A stretch of DNA of 64,000 nt from Octopus sinensis. Taxonomy: Eukaryota. How positions within the stretch are numbered: the first letter of the stretch is position 1; every line of letters begins with the position of its first letter. A program made the translations under genes and the position numbers. The notes beneath the pieces were generated by a model that saw nothing but the letters and a program-made list of their open reading frames with translations, did no database searches and was not told where the DNA came from. This document shows, in pieces, positions 1 to 13,607 of this stretch. Location: assembly GCF_006345805.1 (NCBI RefSeq), contig NC_043008.1, positions 50,964,001 to 51,028,000 on the forward strand, in the 5' to 3' direction.

Positions 1-4
1 ATAT

Positions 5-406
5 ATTTCTTTACTACCCACAAAGGGCTAAACATAGAGGGGACAAACAGATTAAGTAGATTATATCGATCCCAATGCGAAACTGGTACTTTATTTATCG
101 ACCCCGAAAGGATGAAAGGCAAAGTCGACCTCGGTGGAATTTGAACTCAGAATGTAGCGACAGACGAAATACCTATTTCTTTACTACCCACAAGGGGCTA
201 AATACAGAGAGGACAAACAAGGACAGACAAACGGATTAATTGACGATTATATCGACCCTAGTGCGTAACTGGTACTTAATTTATCGACCCCGAAAGGATG
301 AAAGGCAAAGTCGACCTCGGCAGAATTTGAACTCAGAACGTAACGGCAGACGAAATACGGCTACGCATTTCGCCCGGCGTGCTAACGTTTCTGCCAGCTC
401 GCCGCC
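5..406 (-). mobile_element. tRNA-derived SINE family A, dimeric copy
   Basis: The reverse complement starts GGCGGCGAGCTGGCAGAAACGTTAGC (A-box-like) and contains GAGTTCAAATTC (B-box-like), the core GCCTTTCATCCTTTCGGGGTCGATAAATTAAGTACCAG and tail A ...GCCCCTTGTGGGTAGTAAAGAAATA. Body plus tail occurs twice. Confidence 0.9.
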
Positions 407-1121
407 TCATAAAATAAATAATAGTTGTATATACAGCTCAGGAGTAATGGACAAGCAAAGTACTCGACAAAATCAGCTGCATCTTCTACTCGTGTTGTTC
501 ATTGAAATTTAACATATTCTAGCTATAGAGGGAATACGGCGTGACACGATTAAGCTGGTGAACTGGGAGAAGCTTTTGCGCGTCGTACAAGATGCTGACC
601 GTACCCAGTTTCCTTCACAAGGATTGAGCCTATTCAAATTTAAGGTAAAAAACACTTGCTTGAAATTCCACACAGTGAAAACGATCCTGGACTCCACACC
701 GTGGTTCTGGCGTGAACTTATTTCAATCTCATAGTCATATCAACCATACTAAACCATACCAATTCACAGAAACAATTGAAGCAATACTGACAAAGTAGTA
801 TTGTCGGAAATCATGGGCAACCTTCCAAAGCATTTGTCACACGAAATCACTTGTTAACCGGAAATCTAATCGATCATTGTGCAAAAACATATAAATATAA
901 AAGTTCTGCTTCATATACACTGGCCACCATTTCATTACGAGTCTAATTTTCGACTTACGACCGTAATTTGAATTTCACGGTTTCGTACGCAGACGACAGT
1001 TTTCTATCTATGTAACGGATCATTTACTTGCGACCATACACTTTCAAGTAATAAACCAGAAACGAAACACAACGGATAAATTAGCGGTCTTATTAGGTGT
1101 TATTATTAATGAAAAGTAGAA

Positions 1122-1305
1122 GGCGGTGAGTTGGCAGAATCATAAGCACGCCAGACGAAATGCTTAGTGGTATTTCGTCCGTCTTTACGTTCTGAGTTCA
1201 AATTCAACTGGGATCGACTTTGCCTTTGATCCTTTCAGGGTCGATGTAATCGACTATTCCCCTCCCCCAATTTCAGGCTCTGTCCCTAGAGCAGAAAGGA
1301 TTATT
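1122..1305 (+). mobile_element. SINE family A, tail-B type
   Basis: Head GGCGGTGAGTTGGCAGAATC, B-box GAGTTCAAATTC, partly deleted core, tail CCCCTCCCCCAATTTCAGGC...AGAAAGGATTATT. Confidence 0.85.
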
Positions 1306-1320
1306 AACGAAAAACAGGAG

Positions 1321-1722
1321 GCGGCGAGCTGGCAGAATCGTTAGTGCACTGGGCGAAATACGTAGCCGTATTTCGTTTGCCATTACGTTCTGAGTTCAAT
1401 TTCCGCCGAGGTCGACTTTGCCTTTCATCCTTCCGGGGTCAATAAATAAGTACCAGTTACGCACTGGGGTCTGTGTAATCGACTTAATCCGTTTGTCTGT
1501 CCTTGTTTGTCCCCTTTGTATTTAGCCCCTTGTGGGTAATAAAGAAATAGGTATTGCGTCTGCCTCTACGTTCTGAGTTCAAATTCAGCCGTGGTCGACT
1601 TTGCTTTTAATCCTTTCGGGGTCAATAAAAGAAGTACCAGTCATGGACTGGAGTCGACGTAATCGAGTTGCCCCTTTCCCCAAAATTTCAGACCTTATAC
1701 TTATAATAGAAAGAATTATTAT
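1321..1722 (+). mobile_element. SINE family A dimer (head-body-tailA-body-tailB)
   Basis: A single head at 1321; tail A ends AAAGAAATAG at about 1550; the body restarts at GTATTGCGTCTGCC and ends with tail B and ATTATTATT. Confidence 0.88.
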
Positions 1723-1734
1723 TGAAAGGTGTAA

Positions 1735-2690
1735 ACAGTGAGCTAGTAGAGTTGTTAGCACGCCGGGCAAAATTCTTTGCGTTATTTCGTTCGTCTTTAC
1801 CTTCTGGATTCAAATGCGACCATGGTCGACTTTGTCTTTTATCTTTCGAGGTCGATAAAATAAGTACCAGTTTCACACTGGGGTTAATGTAATTGACTTA
1901 TACCCTCCTCTCAATAACTGCTTGCTCTGTGCCAAAATTTGAATTTGGATTCATTATTAAGGAAAAGGTTTAAAGCGAAGAATTGGCAGAGTTGTCAATG
2001 CTTTGAGAAATGCATAGCGATATTTCTTTCGATTGTTTACGTGCTAATCTCAAATCTCTCAGGGGACAACTATTCTTTTGATCGTTATGGGGTCGATAAA
2101 ATAAAGTACCAGATAAGTACTGGGGTCCTAGTAATCGAATTGTCTCTCCCTTCAAAATCGCTGGCCTTTTCCCCAAAGTTAGAAACAATAAATTATAAAA
2201 AGTGTAGTATCGGTATGGCGTTGGAATAAAAAGTGATTTGTTCCAGACCTCGCTCTCAGTTCAAATGTTGCTGGTGTCAGCTTAGTCTTTCATCATTTCG
2301 AGGTCAATAGACTAAGTACCAGTCAAATGCTGGGGTCTTTCCTCAAAATAGCCGGTCTTGTGCTTAAAGGCGTAGGGTAGTCGATTAGCGGAATCGTTAG
2401 AAAATTGTAAAATCTGCACTATTTGAGTTGGTTATTTATCTTCTGCGTTCAAATACCCATGAGGCCTAATTTCTTTTTCATTTTCCCGGTATCGATAAAT
2501 GAAGTACCAGTCTACTACTGAGGTTGATTACCCTTTTTCCCACAAATCTGCTATGGTGCTACAATTAGAAGTAATTCTAAAATAAATTATGCGGAGTTGG
2601 ATATTGACAGAATCGTTACACCTAAGAAAAACGTGCTTTACATTATTTGTTCCTCTACTCTACGTTCATACTTCAAGTTTCACGAAGCCC
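1735..2690 (+). mobile_element. Array of about 5 increasingly diverged SINE family A copies
   Basis: Recurrent TTCAAAT (B-box) and GTCGATAAAATAAGTACCAG-like cores at about 1850, 2095, 2305 and 2495, all on the + strand. Confidence 0.75.
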
Positions 2691-3117
2691 AATACTGTCT
2701 TTATGACAAAATCAGAAGCCATTTTTACGCAGTTTTGTCTCCTGGAGGGCATTCTCTAAACCTTATTCCTGGAGTTTTGAACCAAGCAGTACCAACTCTT
2801 TCACGACTGCTGCAATTAAATGTCTGCAGTATTATATAAGTTACAACTTATCAATCAATCCTGGAGACAATAATAAGAGCTTCATTAGTAGAAAATATTG
2901 CAACCTCACTTTGCCTGTTCGTAATGATACGATATAACTTTGTTTTATGACATGGTAAATACGGAGGCCATTAATCGCCAGAGTTTCGCTCCAGTAGCTT
3001 TTTGTTTTCACAGTATTTCTTGTTATCTTCTTGCTCTCTAATTATTACTTTCAATACAACGACCATTGGACTGCAGCATTTCAAAAGTAAGTTGTTCTTT
3101 CGGAATGCGACACGATG

Positions 3118-3245
3118 TAGAGGTAGTCTTTACTTACAACGTTGCGACAGCAGATGGAGGAGTAATTCTTACTTACAACGTCCTGAGCTGGTTATTATTT
3201 ACAGCGTCCTGATTGAGAAGGTAGTTTTTTACTTACAGCGTCGGT
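3118..3245. repeat. Degenerate minisatellite, 4 units of about 30-38 bp
   Basis: Units AGGTAGTCTTTACTTACAACGT, GAGTAATTCTTACTTACAACGT, GGTTATTATTTACAGCGT and AGGTAGTTTTTTACTTACAGCGT. Confidence 0.6.
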
Positions 3246-4479
3246 ATATGCACTTTGGGAAGATACAAATAAGTTTAAATCTCCTTGCGGCGAATTAGCA
3301 GAAGTGTTAGAACGTTGGACAAAATACCACGCAGTACATTAGTCTGCTCCCTGCACTTTGATTTCAAATCCCACTGACGCCACTTTTACTGTTTTAAGTC
3401 CAGGGTCAATAAACAATAAAACAAATATGAATTAGAGGCTTTGCAGTATATGCTACGGTAATATGCATTCTGAGTTCGAATCCCACTGTAGTCCACATGG
3501 GTGGTAGACTTAATCCAACTCTCAGTTTAACATTACCACCAGCACTACTTGACCCTTAACTAACGCCGTTAACCCAGTTCCACTCACTCACTTCCTTTGC
3601 ATGTATTTGGTCCAGGCCTCACGCCTCCTATGATGTCATCATAATACCTGTCTCACTCACCCCCTCCAATCGGAGGCTAGATAGACTCATAGAAACACGG
3701 CGCTCCTTTCTGACGCATTAAAACAATAAATATTGCTGGTAAAAATAAAGTTTCTAAAATGGACGCAGAAATTTAAAGGATTGTTTTGGTCCAATGGTAG
3801 AACGTCTGTCATGTCTATAGAAGATGTGTGTTCGTATTATGCCTGCACTTTCTGACTTATTCTTTTCAAAGGAATTTTTTAACCCAATCTTTACATTCTT
3901 TTATTTATAGCCTTATCCACTTCGAGTTCTGCCGTTAAATAAATGAATTCACGTTCTCACAATGCTTTTAAATTTTTATGACATAAACTAATTTTAAATT
4001 AATTATACCATATTTATTGAAGGGGGTATTACAATAGAAGTTTTGATATAATTATGCGGAGGAATAAAAATAATCTTAAAAACTATTGTTTAATTTAATT
4101 ATTTAGGTGTGTATGGAATGGAATAGTACAGTGTAATCAGAAATAATCAAACAATTGTTCAGTTCAATTTGAGACGAATGTCAGTCGCAAAACCCCAGAA
4201 GTATCAGAACAAACTCTGAGCCCACGAGGGGGACCTCTTTGTGGACTATAACAACGGCCACCAAACGATTTTGTACTTCGGATTAGTTTCATTGAAGATA
4301 ATGTTTGCCTAGTCAAGAGAATTAGGTGCATGACATATCACAATAAAGTGCATAATATATAATTTAATCATTATATATGTGATACGTATATATTACATAT
4401 AATACTATTATAATGAGAAGCTACTCTGAAGACTGCGACAATCAATGAAATAGAAACATAATTTTAAAAAATACTTATG

Positions 4480-4543
4480 TGCGGCCCGGTAACAAGTGAC
4501 CCACGGCCCAGTACTGTCCGCAACTTGGTGATTGGGGACCTGA
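4480..4543. mobile_element. hAT/Charlie-like MITE terminal remnant
   Basis: GCGGCCCGGTAACAAGTGACCCACGGCCCAGTAC...GATTGGGGACCTG resembles the GGTTGGGGACCCCTG end of hAT-Charlie non-autonomous elements; the other end is not clearly seen. Confidence 0.4.
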
Positions 4544-4750
4544 GGATTATGGTGTTGTTGCAGAAAAAAGTAGCCAATTATTTTAAAGTTTATTAGTTTT
4601 GAAAATTAAGAGGCTACACTCGTTGGTGTCGTCGTAGATACACTATCCCTGAAAATACAAAGTTGAGATATTCACGACTCATAACTTTTCGAATGCGTGA
4701 CAAATAGCGAATGCACGTGATTTAGTGGTTAATATGTTGCGCTCAGGAGA

Positions 4751-5330
4751 GCCTTTCATCATTTCAGAGTCGATTAAATAAGTACCAGTTACGCACTGGG
4801 GTCGATATAATCGACTTAATCCGTTTGTCTGTCCTTGTTTGTCCTCTCTGTGTTTAGCCCCTTGTAGGTAGTAAAGAAATAGGTATTTCGTCTGCCGTTA
4901 TGTTCTGAGTTCAAATTCCGCCGAGGTCGACTTTGCCTTTCATCCTTTCGGTGTCGATTAAATAAGTACCAGTAGTGTACTGGGGTCGATATAATCGACT
5001 TAATCCGTTTGTCTGTCCTTGTTTGTCCTCTCTATGTTTAGCCCCTTGTGGGTAGTAAAGAAATTGGTATTTCGTCCGTCTTTACGTTCTGAGTCCCAAT
5101 CCACACTAGGGTCGATATAATAGACTTAATCTGTTTGTCTGTCCTGGTTTGTCCTCTCTGTGTTTGGCCCCTTGTGGGTAGTAAATAAATAGGTATTTCA
5201 TCTGTTTTTACGACCTGATTCGAAATTCCGCCGTCTTTCATCCTTTCGGGGTCAATAATTTAAGTCGGTCTGATCGACTGGGCCCCTCCCCCAAAATTTC
5301 GGGCCTTGTGCCTAGAGGAGAAACGAATAT
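4751..5330 (+). mobile_element. SINE family A multimer (3 tail-A units then tail B)
   Basis: About 184-bp periodicity (GTATTTCGTC at 4883 and 5067); ends GGCCCCTCCCCCAAAATTTCGGGCCTTGTGCCTAGAGGAG. Confidence 0.9.
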
Positions 5331-5734
5331 AATTCTGTAACGTTAGCAGGAATGAAAGATAAATGGAATAAGCTTGTTCTTGAATTACTAAAAGTCGGGT
5401 TGATCACGGGTGGAAGAACATTTCATCACGGGTTTGATTAGTAAGACTTTAAGGGAAGAAATAGGGGGAAAATTAAATCGAGAAATAATGCGAATGCCTC
5501 CATCTAGACCGGCGATATGCTAGAAATAGTAAGGAAATCTCCTTAAGTTACCCCCTACTACACTGAAAAAAAAAAAAACACGTCAGAACACATTGAAGAA
5601 TATAAGCTTCCTTCTCAAACTCACGGTACCGTGTTCAGTCCCCGTGTGTGGCACCTTAGGCAAGTAACTTCTACTATAGCTTCAGGTCTTGTGAGTGGAT
5701 GTGGTAGACAGAAACTGAGAGTTCGATATATACA

Positions 5735-6030
5735 TACAGGGAAGGACTCGACATACAAATAGTGCACACCGGCCCATCTCCGAGTAAAGCTCTGTCCACT
5801 AACAACAGCTTTCGCTATTCCGAGGAGTGCACATTAAATGAACTGCCGCATCAATGACCCTGAAATGTGCCAGAGGACCTATGTTGTATACTAGATCATC
5901 TGTGGCAAATGTGGCGCATCCTACATATGCGGCACAACAAGAAAACTGCATATAGCATAAAGGAACGTATGCAGGTACACACTTCCATGAAGAAACATCT
6001 ACGGAAATGCTAGATCCGGGAATTCTTTGA
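5735..6030 (+). mobile_element. Penelope-like retroelement remnant (GIY-YIG endonuclease, inactivated)
   Basis: From about 5854 it translates NDPEMCQRTYVVY*IICGKCGASYICGTTRKLHI, then a frameshift to IKE. This matches the VVY..C..C...YIG.T.R.L..RI.EH motif of Penelope-type GIY-YIG domains. A stop and a frameshift are present. Confidence 0.8.
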
Positions 6031-6083
6031 TTGTCTATTATTGGAGTTACCTCCCTTGGTCGCTCTTCATCGTTTCTATGTAT

Positions 6084-6115
<32 letters not shown>

Positions 6116-6123
6116 GTGTGTGC

Positions 6124-6159
<36 letters not shown>

Positions 6160-6163
<4 letters not shown>

Positions 6164-6450
6164 TTGTGTAACATTGTCCGTTTTTTCCGTCCTTGTATTT
6201 GTATATATTCGCTGCTGTCTTCCAAGGAGGCTAATGCTCTTAGCTTTGTTTTTCCTTGGGGCTGGCCAGATTGGAGCAATCTCAAGTATAATCAGCCGAA
6301 ATTGCGAAGATAACCTGGTACATGACTGAGGAAAGAAAACTTCGAATGACCCGTCCTTGTTTTCTTTCTATCGTCTATCTGGATGTTTTGTTGTCCCATT
6401 TTTGTATCACCTAGCTTTCCGGATGTTTTGCCTTTTTGTCCCATTTTGCA
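6160..6450 (+). mobile_element. Probable Penelope pseudo-LTR/terminal fragment embedded in (TA)n
   Basis: Unique island flanked by TA tracts just downstream of the GIY-YIG remnant; contains CTGAGGA-AAGAAAACTT-CGAA (decayed hammerhead-like core) and a T-rich tail. Confidence 0.4.
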
Positions 6451-6679
6451 TTATATATATATACGTATATATATATATATTGCACTCAAGACCTTACCGT
6501 CGTGAGTCGAATACCCTAACCACTAAGCCACACGCCATACTATATATATATATATATGTATATGTATATATAACGAAGATGAACCACTCCACAATATATA
6601 CATACGTACATACACATACATATATACATACATACATATATACATTCATACATACATACATACATACATACATACTACA

Positions 6680-6713
<34 letters not shown>

Positions 6714-6857
6714 CACATGTCCTACGGTGCGGCTTTGGTCATACAATAATCAAACTCTGACCAACGCCTTTGGTGAATGGAAACAAATGGAAACTATCTA
6801 GGATCCCGTCTATATATATATATAATATATATATATATATGTACATATGCGTCATGT

Positions 6858-7110
<253 letters not shown>

Positions 7111-7355
7111 ATGTATGAGTATATGTATGTGTATCCATTGTTTTGCATTTTAAGCACCATCATTTCTCAAGTGATGGTGTCTTGCTTACATCCTACGACT
7201 AGCGTTTCGAAAACAAAGTTTAATAAAACACGTTCTAGACTTTAAAATATATACCGAGGATGAATTCTTCGGCTCATCTCCTGAACGCAGTATATAATAG
7301 TATGGCCACAGTTCAGCGACTGAGACAGGTATTATATATATGCATACATACACAC

Positions 7356-7412
<57 letters not shown>

Positions 7413-7542
7413 CATACATACACTCGTACATACATATATATATATACATACATACACACGTACATACATATATATATATATACATATATGTACATACATA
7501 TGTATATCCAAACACACACATATACATATATAGAGAGAGACA

Positions 7543-7710
7543 GGCGCAGGAATGGTTAAGTTGTGAGCAATTTGCTTCGGACCCACATGGTTCCGGGTTC
7601 AATCTCATTGCCTCACACCTCCCTTTCGCAAAAATCTTCTATTATAACCTCGATCCGAGGCTACTTTTTGTGAGTCGATTTGGTAGACGGAAACTGAAGA
7701 AGCCCGCCGT
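7543..7710 (+). mobile_element. SINE family B 5' half (tRNA-like head)
   Basis: GGCGCAGGAATGG...CATGGTTCCGGGTTCAATC...GATTTGGTAGACGGAAACTGAAGAAGCCCGCCG followed by (TA)n; matches the reverse complement of 53828-53992. Confidence 0.85.
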
Positions 7711-7751
7711 ATATATATACATATATGTGTGTTGTGTGTGTGTGTGTATGC

Positions 7752-7802
<51 letters not shown>

Positions 7803-7826
7803 CATATGTATATATATATACATATG

Positions 7827-7862
<36 letters not shown>

Positions 7863-8939
7863 ATATATATAATATATATATATATATAATATATATATAT
7901 ACTTACTCTCTAGGGACTTCCCCATCATCGGTTTCTCTATTTGTCAAAATGCTAATTGACTAATATTTAGGGAGTAATCTCCCCTGCGCATTTTTTTCTT
8001 GATTTGTTAAAAACCAGTGAGAGGGAATATTACTAGTAGTCTCATGACTAACTTCAACTTATAGAACTTTTGCAAACCTACCTAATTGGAAAAAATGTTA
8101 TTTCTTACACAGATTCTGTTAAAAATAGAATGCGAAGTTTATCTATCTGACTATGTACCTTGTTTCTTAGACTCTCTTTCCGCCTACTAACTTAATTCCT
8201 GGGATTGGTGTTTAAAATTGATATTCATAATCACTTTTAAATCTTATAGTTTTACTGATGTTACCAATGAAGTACAGCGTATGACTTCTTGTAGAAATGT
8301 AGTTTAAATTCACTTTATTCAGCTTTAATTTAACCAGGAAAAAAGCATGAATACCGCAACATCTCACTGACATAATGAGTCAACCAATTTTTGCACCTAT
8401 ATCAATATAATCCGACATTTATTTTTAAAAATCTATTAGCGTTTCTAAAAAGAAATAGATAGGTTGGTTAAAATATTGAGTTATTCCCCTTTGTGCAGCT
8501 CTTGAATTTTTGCAACCATTAAGAGAAACAAAGTGGTGGCGAGGAGATTCGCTCAGTAAAAACTATTAAAATTGAGATAAATAAACGATGCAACCGCAAT
8601 TCAAAATATCAATGTAAACAAAACAAATTCAACATTGATTGGGTAATCTTTCTTTAATATCTCGTTCGATGATTTTAAGTTCTTCAATTAACAGTCTCCA
8701 TATGTATGTATCTATGTAGACAGATAGATAAATAGATAGATTTACAATATTTAATTGTATAAAAAGGACTTTCCTGCGTTGCATATTCAGACAATAATGT
8801 CTTTAATAAATTAAAGTATGAAATAAAGACGCAGTTTCGCATGAAGGACCCGGGATAATTATTTTGAGAATTTGCTTCTTATTTGCCATTTATTTATTTT
8901 TCTGGCCAGGTTCCAATCCAGGTCGCAGCAACAAACTTC

Positions 8940-9125
8940 ACCCGCCGCACTTCTCTGTCCAACATTATTGCCTCGAGGTCCTGGATATGTTCCAGGTCAG
9001 AGTCTACGATCCTAGTTGTAGATGTGGGACGATGTTTTCCTTTTCTTCCATCACTATGAAGAGTGTTCTACGTGACTGATTTGGATGTTTCCAGCTGAGG
9101 AGGGCGTATGCAGGGTACCATAGTA
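8940..9125 (-). mobile_element. RTE-like LINE 3' fragment
   Basis: The minus strand gives ...DSDLEHIQDLEAIMLDREVRR, resembling the M.DR..WR C-terminus of RTE-clade ORF2; disrupted. Confidence 0.45.
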
Positions 9126-9149
9126 AATATGTGTGTTGTTTGTGTATGT

Positions 9150-9161
9150 ACATATATATAA

Positions 9162-9234
<73 letters not shown>

Positions 9235-9347
9235 TATGTATGTATATATATGTAATATATATATATGCATATATCTGTATGTATATGCAAATGTATGCGT
9301 GTATATATATCTATATGCATTTATATATATATATAACTATATAATAA

Positions 9348-9388
<41 letters not shown>

Positions 9389-9527
9389 ATATATATATAT
9401 ATATAATATATATATATACAATATATATGCATATATATATATTACTATACATACATATATCTATATATAATATCTATATATATATGTATATGATATTATA
9501 TATATATATATATATAATATATATTAC

Positions 9528-9570
<43 letters not shown>

Positions 9571-9584
9571 ATATATAATATTAT

Positions 9585-9630
<46 letters not shown>
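9150..9630. repeat. Long imperfect (TA)n tract
   Basis: Directly visible; comparable tracts at 18080-18540, 19490-19630, 26550-26790, 32780-33260, 34430-34570, 36380-37365, 47530-48000 and 62640-62845. Confidence 0.97.
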
Positions 9631-9635
<5 letters not shown>

Positions 9636-10404
9636 ATAGTTATCGGAAATTTCTATTTTTGGTTTTCAGTTCCATTTACATGAATTTGTTCCGAAGTGTA
9701 AGTTTCTTCAGACGTCGTTTAAGACGAAAAAAAAAATACCTGCAACAGAATAAGAGTGGTCCCCCTTCTTGTAATATCACACCGAGGGCGAGACTACATC
9801 GAAATGTGTGGGTGTGTATGTATGCGAATAAAATCATGAATACCGTATATGATAGCAAGCAAGACGAAAGACTTTTTCCAATTAAAACAATTGGCTTTAA
9901 ACATTACCCTGGCTGTTAAGTGCGAATTTGTCACTTTAACAGAATGAAACCATATTTATTTGATCTTGAATTTCCGCAGTTTAATCTGGGGTGCGTCTTA
10001 TGCACTCGCGTATCTTTTGTCATCAAATGCGGTTTATAATTCTTTGTTGTTATCCATATACTGGCTTTAGGCATCAAACTATGGCCATTCTGGGGCACCG
10101 CTCTGAACGGAAAAATGGACTCCAGGAAAATATTTTTCAAGATTCGCACTTTTCCTATTGATCTCTTTTGACGAACTGCTCGTTACGGAACGTAAAGAAA
10201 CCAACAGCGTTTTTCTATCTGTAGTGCAGGACAAACGAACACACACACACACTCACACACACACATATATATGCTTTTAGTAAAATTTATCGAAGTTCGT
10301 TAAACTGAATAAAATTGTTCATAGCACACGGTCAGCACCAGAGGTTGTGTGTTTGCGAATAGAACTCAAAAATTATTTCAGCTACTCCATTACCTAAGTT
10401 TGTA

Positions 10405-10448
<44 letters not shown>

Positions 10449-11038
10449 TTCTCTGTCTCTCTCTGTCTCTCTCTGTCTCTCTTTCTCTCTCTCTCTCCCA
10501 CTCCATATATATATATATACGGAGATGTACTTGCCTAGCAAGTGACCTGATCTGAAATCGTGTCCTGGAACGAAAACAATTGCAGCGTGGAAGGTGTTTA
10601 TAAGCCATTTAAGAAACACACAAAAACCGTTCAATTCACTTCAACATTTAAATTTAATTTGCCAAAATATTTTCGTCGCTTTGAGACCATGACCTCTTCA
10701 CTGACAAAAATCCCGGAGAGGGACTGAACCGTAATCTGTTTGCTTGAGAAGCAAACGTCTTATCACTAGGCCTACATACTGGCCTATCGTCTTCCAGAAT
10801 TTTCTTATTCTAACATAATAACCTTAGTACTTAATTTATTTTATCGTGATTTTATCGATGTTTATGTACTGAACGGCTAGGTTGCTTTGGGATAAAATGT
10901 CATATACCGCTTATCCCTACTGTAGAAGACCCCCCCACTAAAGATTCATGCAGAGACATTCTATCATGCATGCACCTTTGATGTATACGTAAGTACGCAT
11001 GCATGTGTATATATTAAGATGTATACATAAAGTCATCA

Positions 11039-11145
<107 letters not shown>

Positions 11146-11605
11146 CCTCTACGTTTTGGGAGCAGGTTAACCCTGAGGTATAAATAGCTGGAATGCTGTA
11201 CTAGTTGGGTTTTAGGTTTGATGTAAAAGCAATATTAACCAATATGTCATTTCTTTAATAACTTAAATAATGTATGGTTTTCAGGGAAATTTACTGACTA
11301 ATAATAAAGCTAAGATTGTTGAATGTTGTCTCTGATACGATTAGTCAGTGGAGACTTGACGGCAGGCAAATAGCAATTTTTTATAGATTTTCCAGTCAGG
11401 GTTTGGGCGTGCGAACTTGAAAATTTAATTTCTTTTAAAATTTTTTTTAAAGCAATTCATGGTATAGTTTAAAAGAAATTAATTGATTTCCAGCATCTCA
11501 ACATCTCAAATTCACATATATACACATACATACATTTTTCATACATACATATACATATATACAAACGAATTCACATAAAATCTTGTAACCAGACACAAAA
11601 ACGAA

Positions 11606-11657
<52 letters not shown>

Positions 11658-12191
11658 GTGAGTGCGTGTGAGGGTGTGAGTGTGCGTGTGTATGTGCACG
11701 CATAGATAGATGTGTATGTATCCAGTTTTACTGTGTTCAGTACAATCATACATTAATCACAAGATATTTAGTCATACCAAAGAAGAAAATGTAAAAATGA
11801 AACAAAGGAAAAATCGCCGCCATTTTGAAACAGATAGCCAGAGAGTATATTAACCTTTTAAACGTGTAAAGTGGATAGATCTCCTCAAATTCTTATTAAT
11901 GCTAACTGCAGAAATCAGTTTTACCTCATCGGCTTTGAAGAAAGAAATAACTCCTATGTTGCAAAAAGTAGTGACAACTGCCGTGACTCGTTTTTATAAG
12001 CTTAAGTTATTGGTTTTTCCTAATTTTTTCACGTATTTCGTCAAAAAAGTCTTTACAGATCATGCTTGAAATTGTAATGCTTTGAGCATTCGATATGAAA
12101 ACCGTACCAACAGGAGATACTGAGATATATTGCAGAAACAGAAAACACTGATTCTATTTTCGGGTGGTTAATTACCATAATTAGCGAAATT

Positions 12192-12625
12192 TGTTTGTCC
12201 TCTCTGTGTACAACCCCTTGTGAGTAGTAAAGAAATAAATATTTCGTCTGCCGCTACGTTCTGAGTTCAAATTCCGCCGAGGTCGACTTTGCCTTTCATC
12301 CTTTCGGGGTCGATAAATTAAGTACCAGTTACGCACTGGGGTCGATATGATCGACTTAATCCGTTTATCTGTCTTTGTTTGTCCCCTCTGTGTGTAGCCC
12401 CTTGTGGGCAGTAAAGAAATAAGAAACGTTAGCGTGCCGGACGAAGTGCTTATGGGTATTTCGCCCGTCGTTACGTTCTGAGTTCAAATTCCGCCGAGGT
12501 CGACTTTGCCATTCATCCTTTCGAGATTGATTAAATAAGTACCAGTTGCATAATGGGGTTGATCTAATCGACTGGCTCCCTCCCCCCAAAATTTTGGCAT
12601 TGTGCCAAGAGTAGAAAAGATTATA
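12192..12625 (+). mobile_element. SINE family A multimer
   Basis: Order is tailA, body-tailA, then a restart at AGAAACGTTAGC, body and tail B. Confidence 0.88.
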
Positions 12626-13396
12626 TATAGTAGAGAGAAGTAAACATTCGTTGGTTTCCTTTTGACACAGTCGTTATGATGTCGAATGCTATTTCAGTTA
12701 TGGCAGAGTTAAGAAATGTAATGTTAACAACATTTACAAGTTCATTAGAAATAATTATGCTATTAAGGAAAGGAGACAAACAATATTAGTTATGGCTGTT
12801 ATTTAATTATATCATAACGGGAGACAATTTTAGATATGTTTCTTTTGTTACCTGAGTTTACTAACAAAACATAATTTTGCATTTTCATTTTAGTAACCAT
12901 ACGAAAAAATTTAATTGATTATATTTAAGAATTAATTTTGTTGTTGTTGCTATTCTTCTTTTTCTCCTCCTCCTCCACCCTCTACTTTTTTCTTTACCTC
13001 TTTCTCTCTCGCGCGCACTTATTTTCACGAGAAAGATCGTCGTAGGCCGATCATAGTGTCTTAGTCTTCAGAATGGAGAAATGATGAAGGAATGGTTTAG
13101 CAACACATCCGCATAGAAACAACTGGAACCGACCAAAGTGGTGTACAGCTCTGTACGGTGTTGCCGTAAAAAAAATGATAGATTTCAACCACACAGATAT
13201 TTACTTAGAGTCCTGTGCAAAATAACCATTCCCTCTTGTTACTTGCCTATACTGAAAATATCCCGACCTATTTGTTGTGCGAGTTGCATGGAGGTTTATA
13301 CCTACCTACCTACATACATACATGTCTGTATGTGTGTATGTATGTATGTCTGTATGTATGTATATATATATATATATATACATACACACATGTATC

Positions 13397-13427
<31 letters not shown>

Positions 13428-13474
13428 CGATTTTGGTACGGTGGATCTCGAAGTAGACAAAACTGTATACATAC

Positions 13475-13513
<39 letters not shown>

Positions 13514-13536
13514 GTGGATACGTGTCTGTATGTATG

Positions 13537-13607
<71 letters not shown>

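Noticed and set aside
240-512. Recurrent peptide RNWYLIYRPRKDERQSRPRRNLNSERNGRRN (also at 12365, 49794, 56102)
   Set aside because: This is the antisense translation of SINE family A, not a gene family.
3118-3245. Repeat-spacer-like pattern suggesting CRISPR
   Set aside because: Units are degenerate, spacers are short and irregular, the context is eukaryotic and no cas genes are present.
3785-3847. tRNA-like A/B boxes (TGGTCCAATGG...GTTCGTATT)
   Set aside because: No acceptor stem or cloverleaf can be formed; at most a decayed tRNA or SINE head. SINE heads elsewhere were likewise not called as tRNAs.
7250-9730. Other hammerhead-like words (7255-7290 minus, 9690-9715 minus)
   Set aside because: Core nucleotides or stems are missing; indistinguishable from chance.
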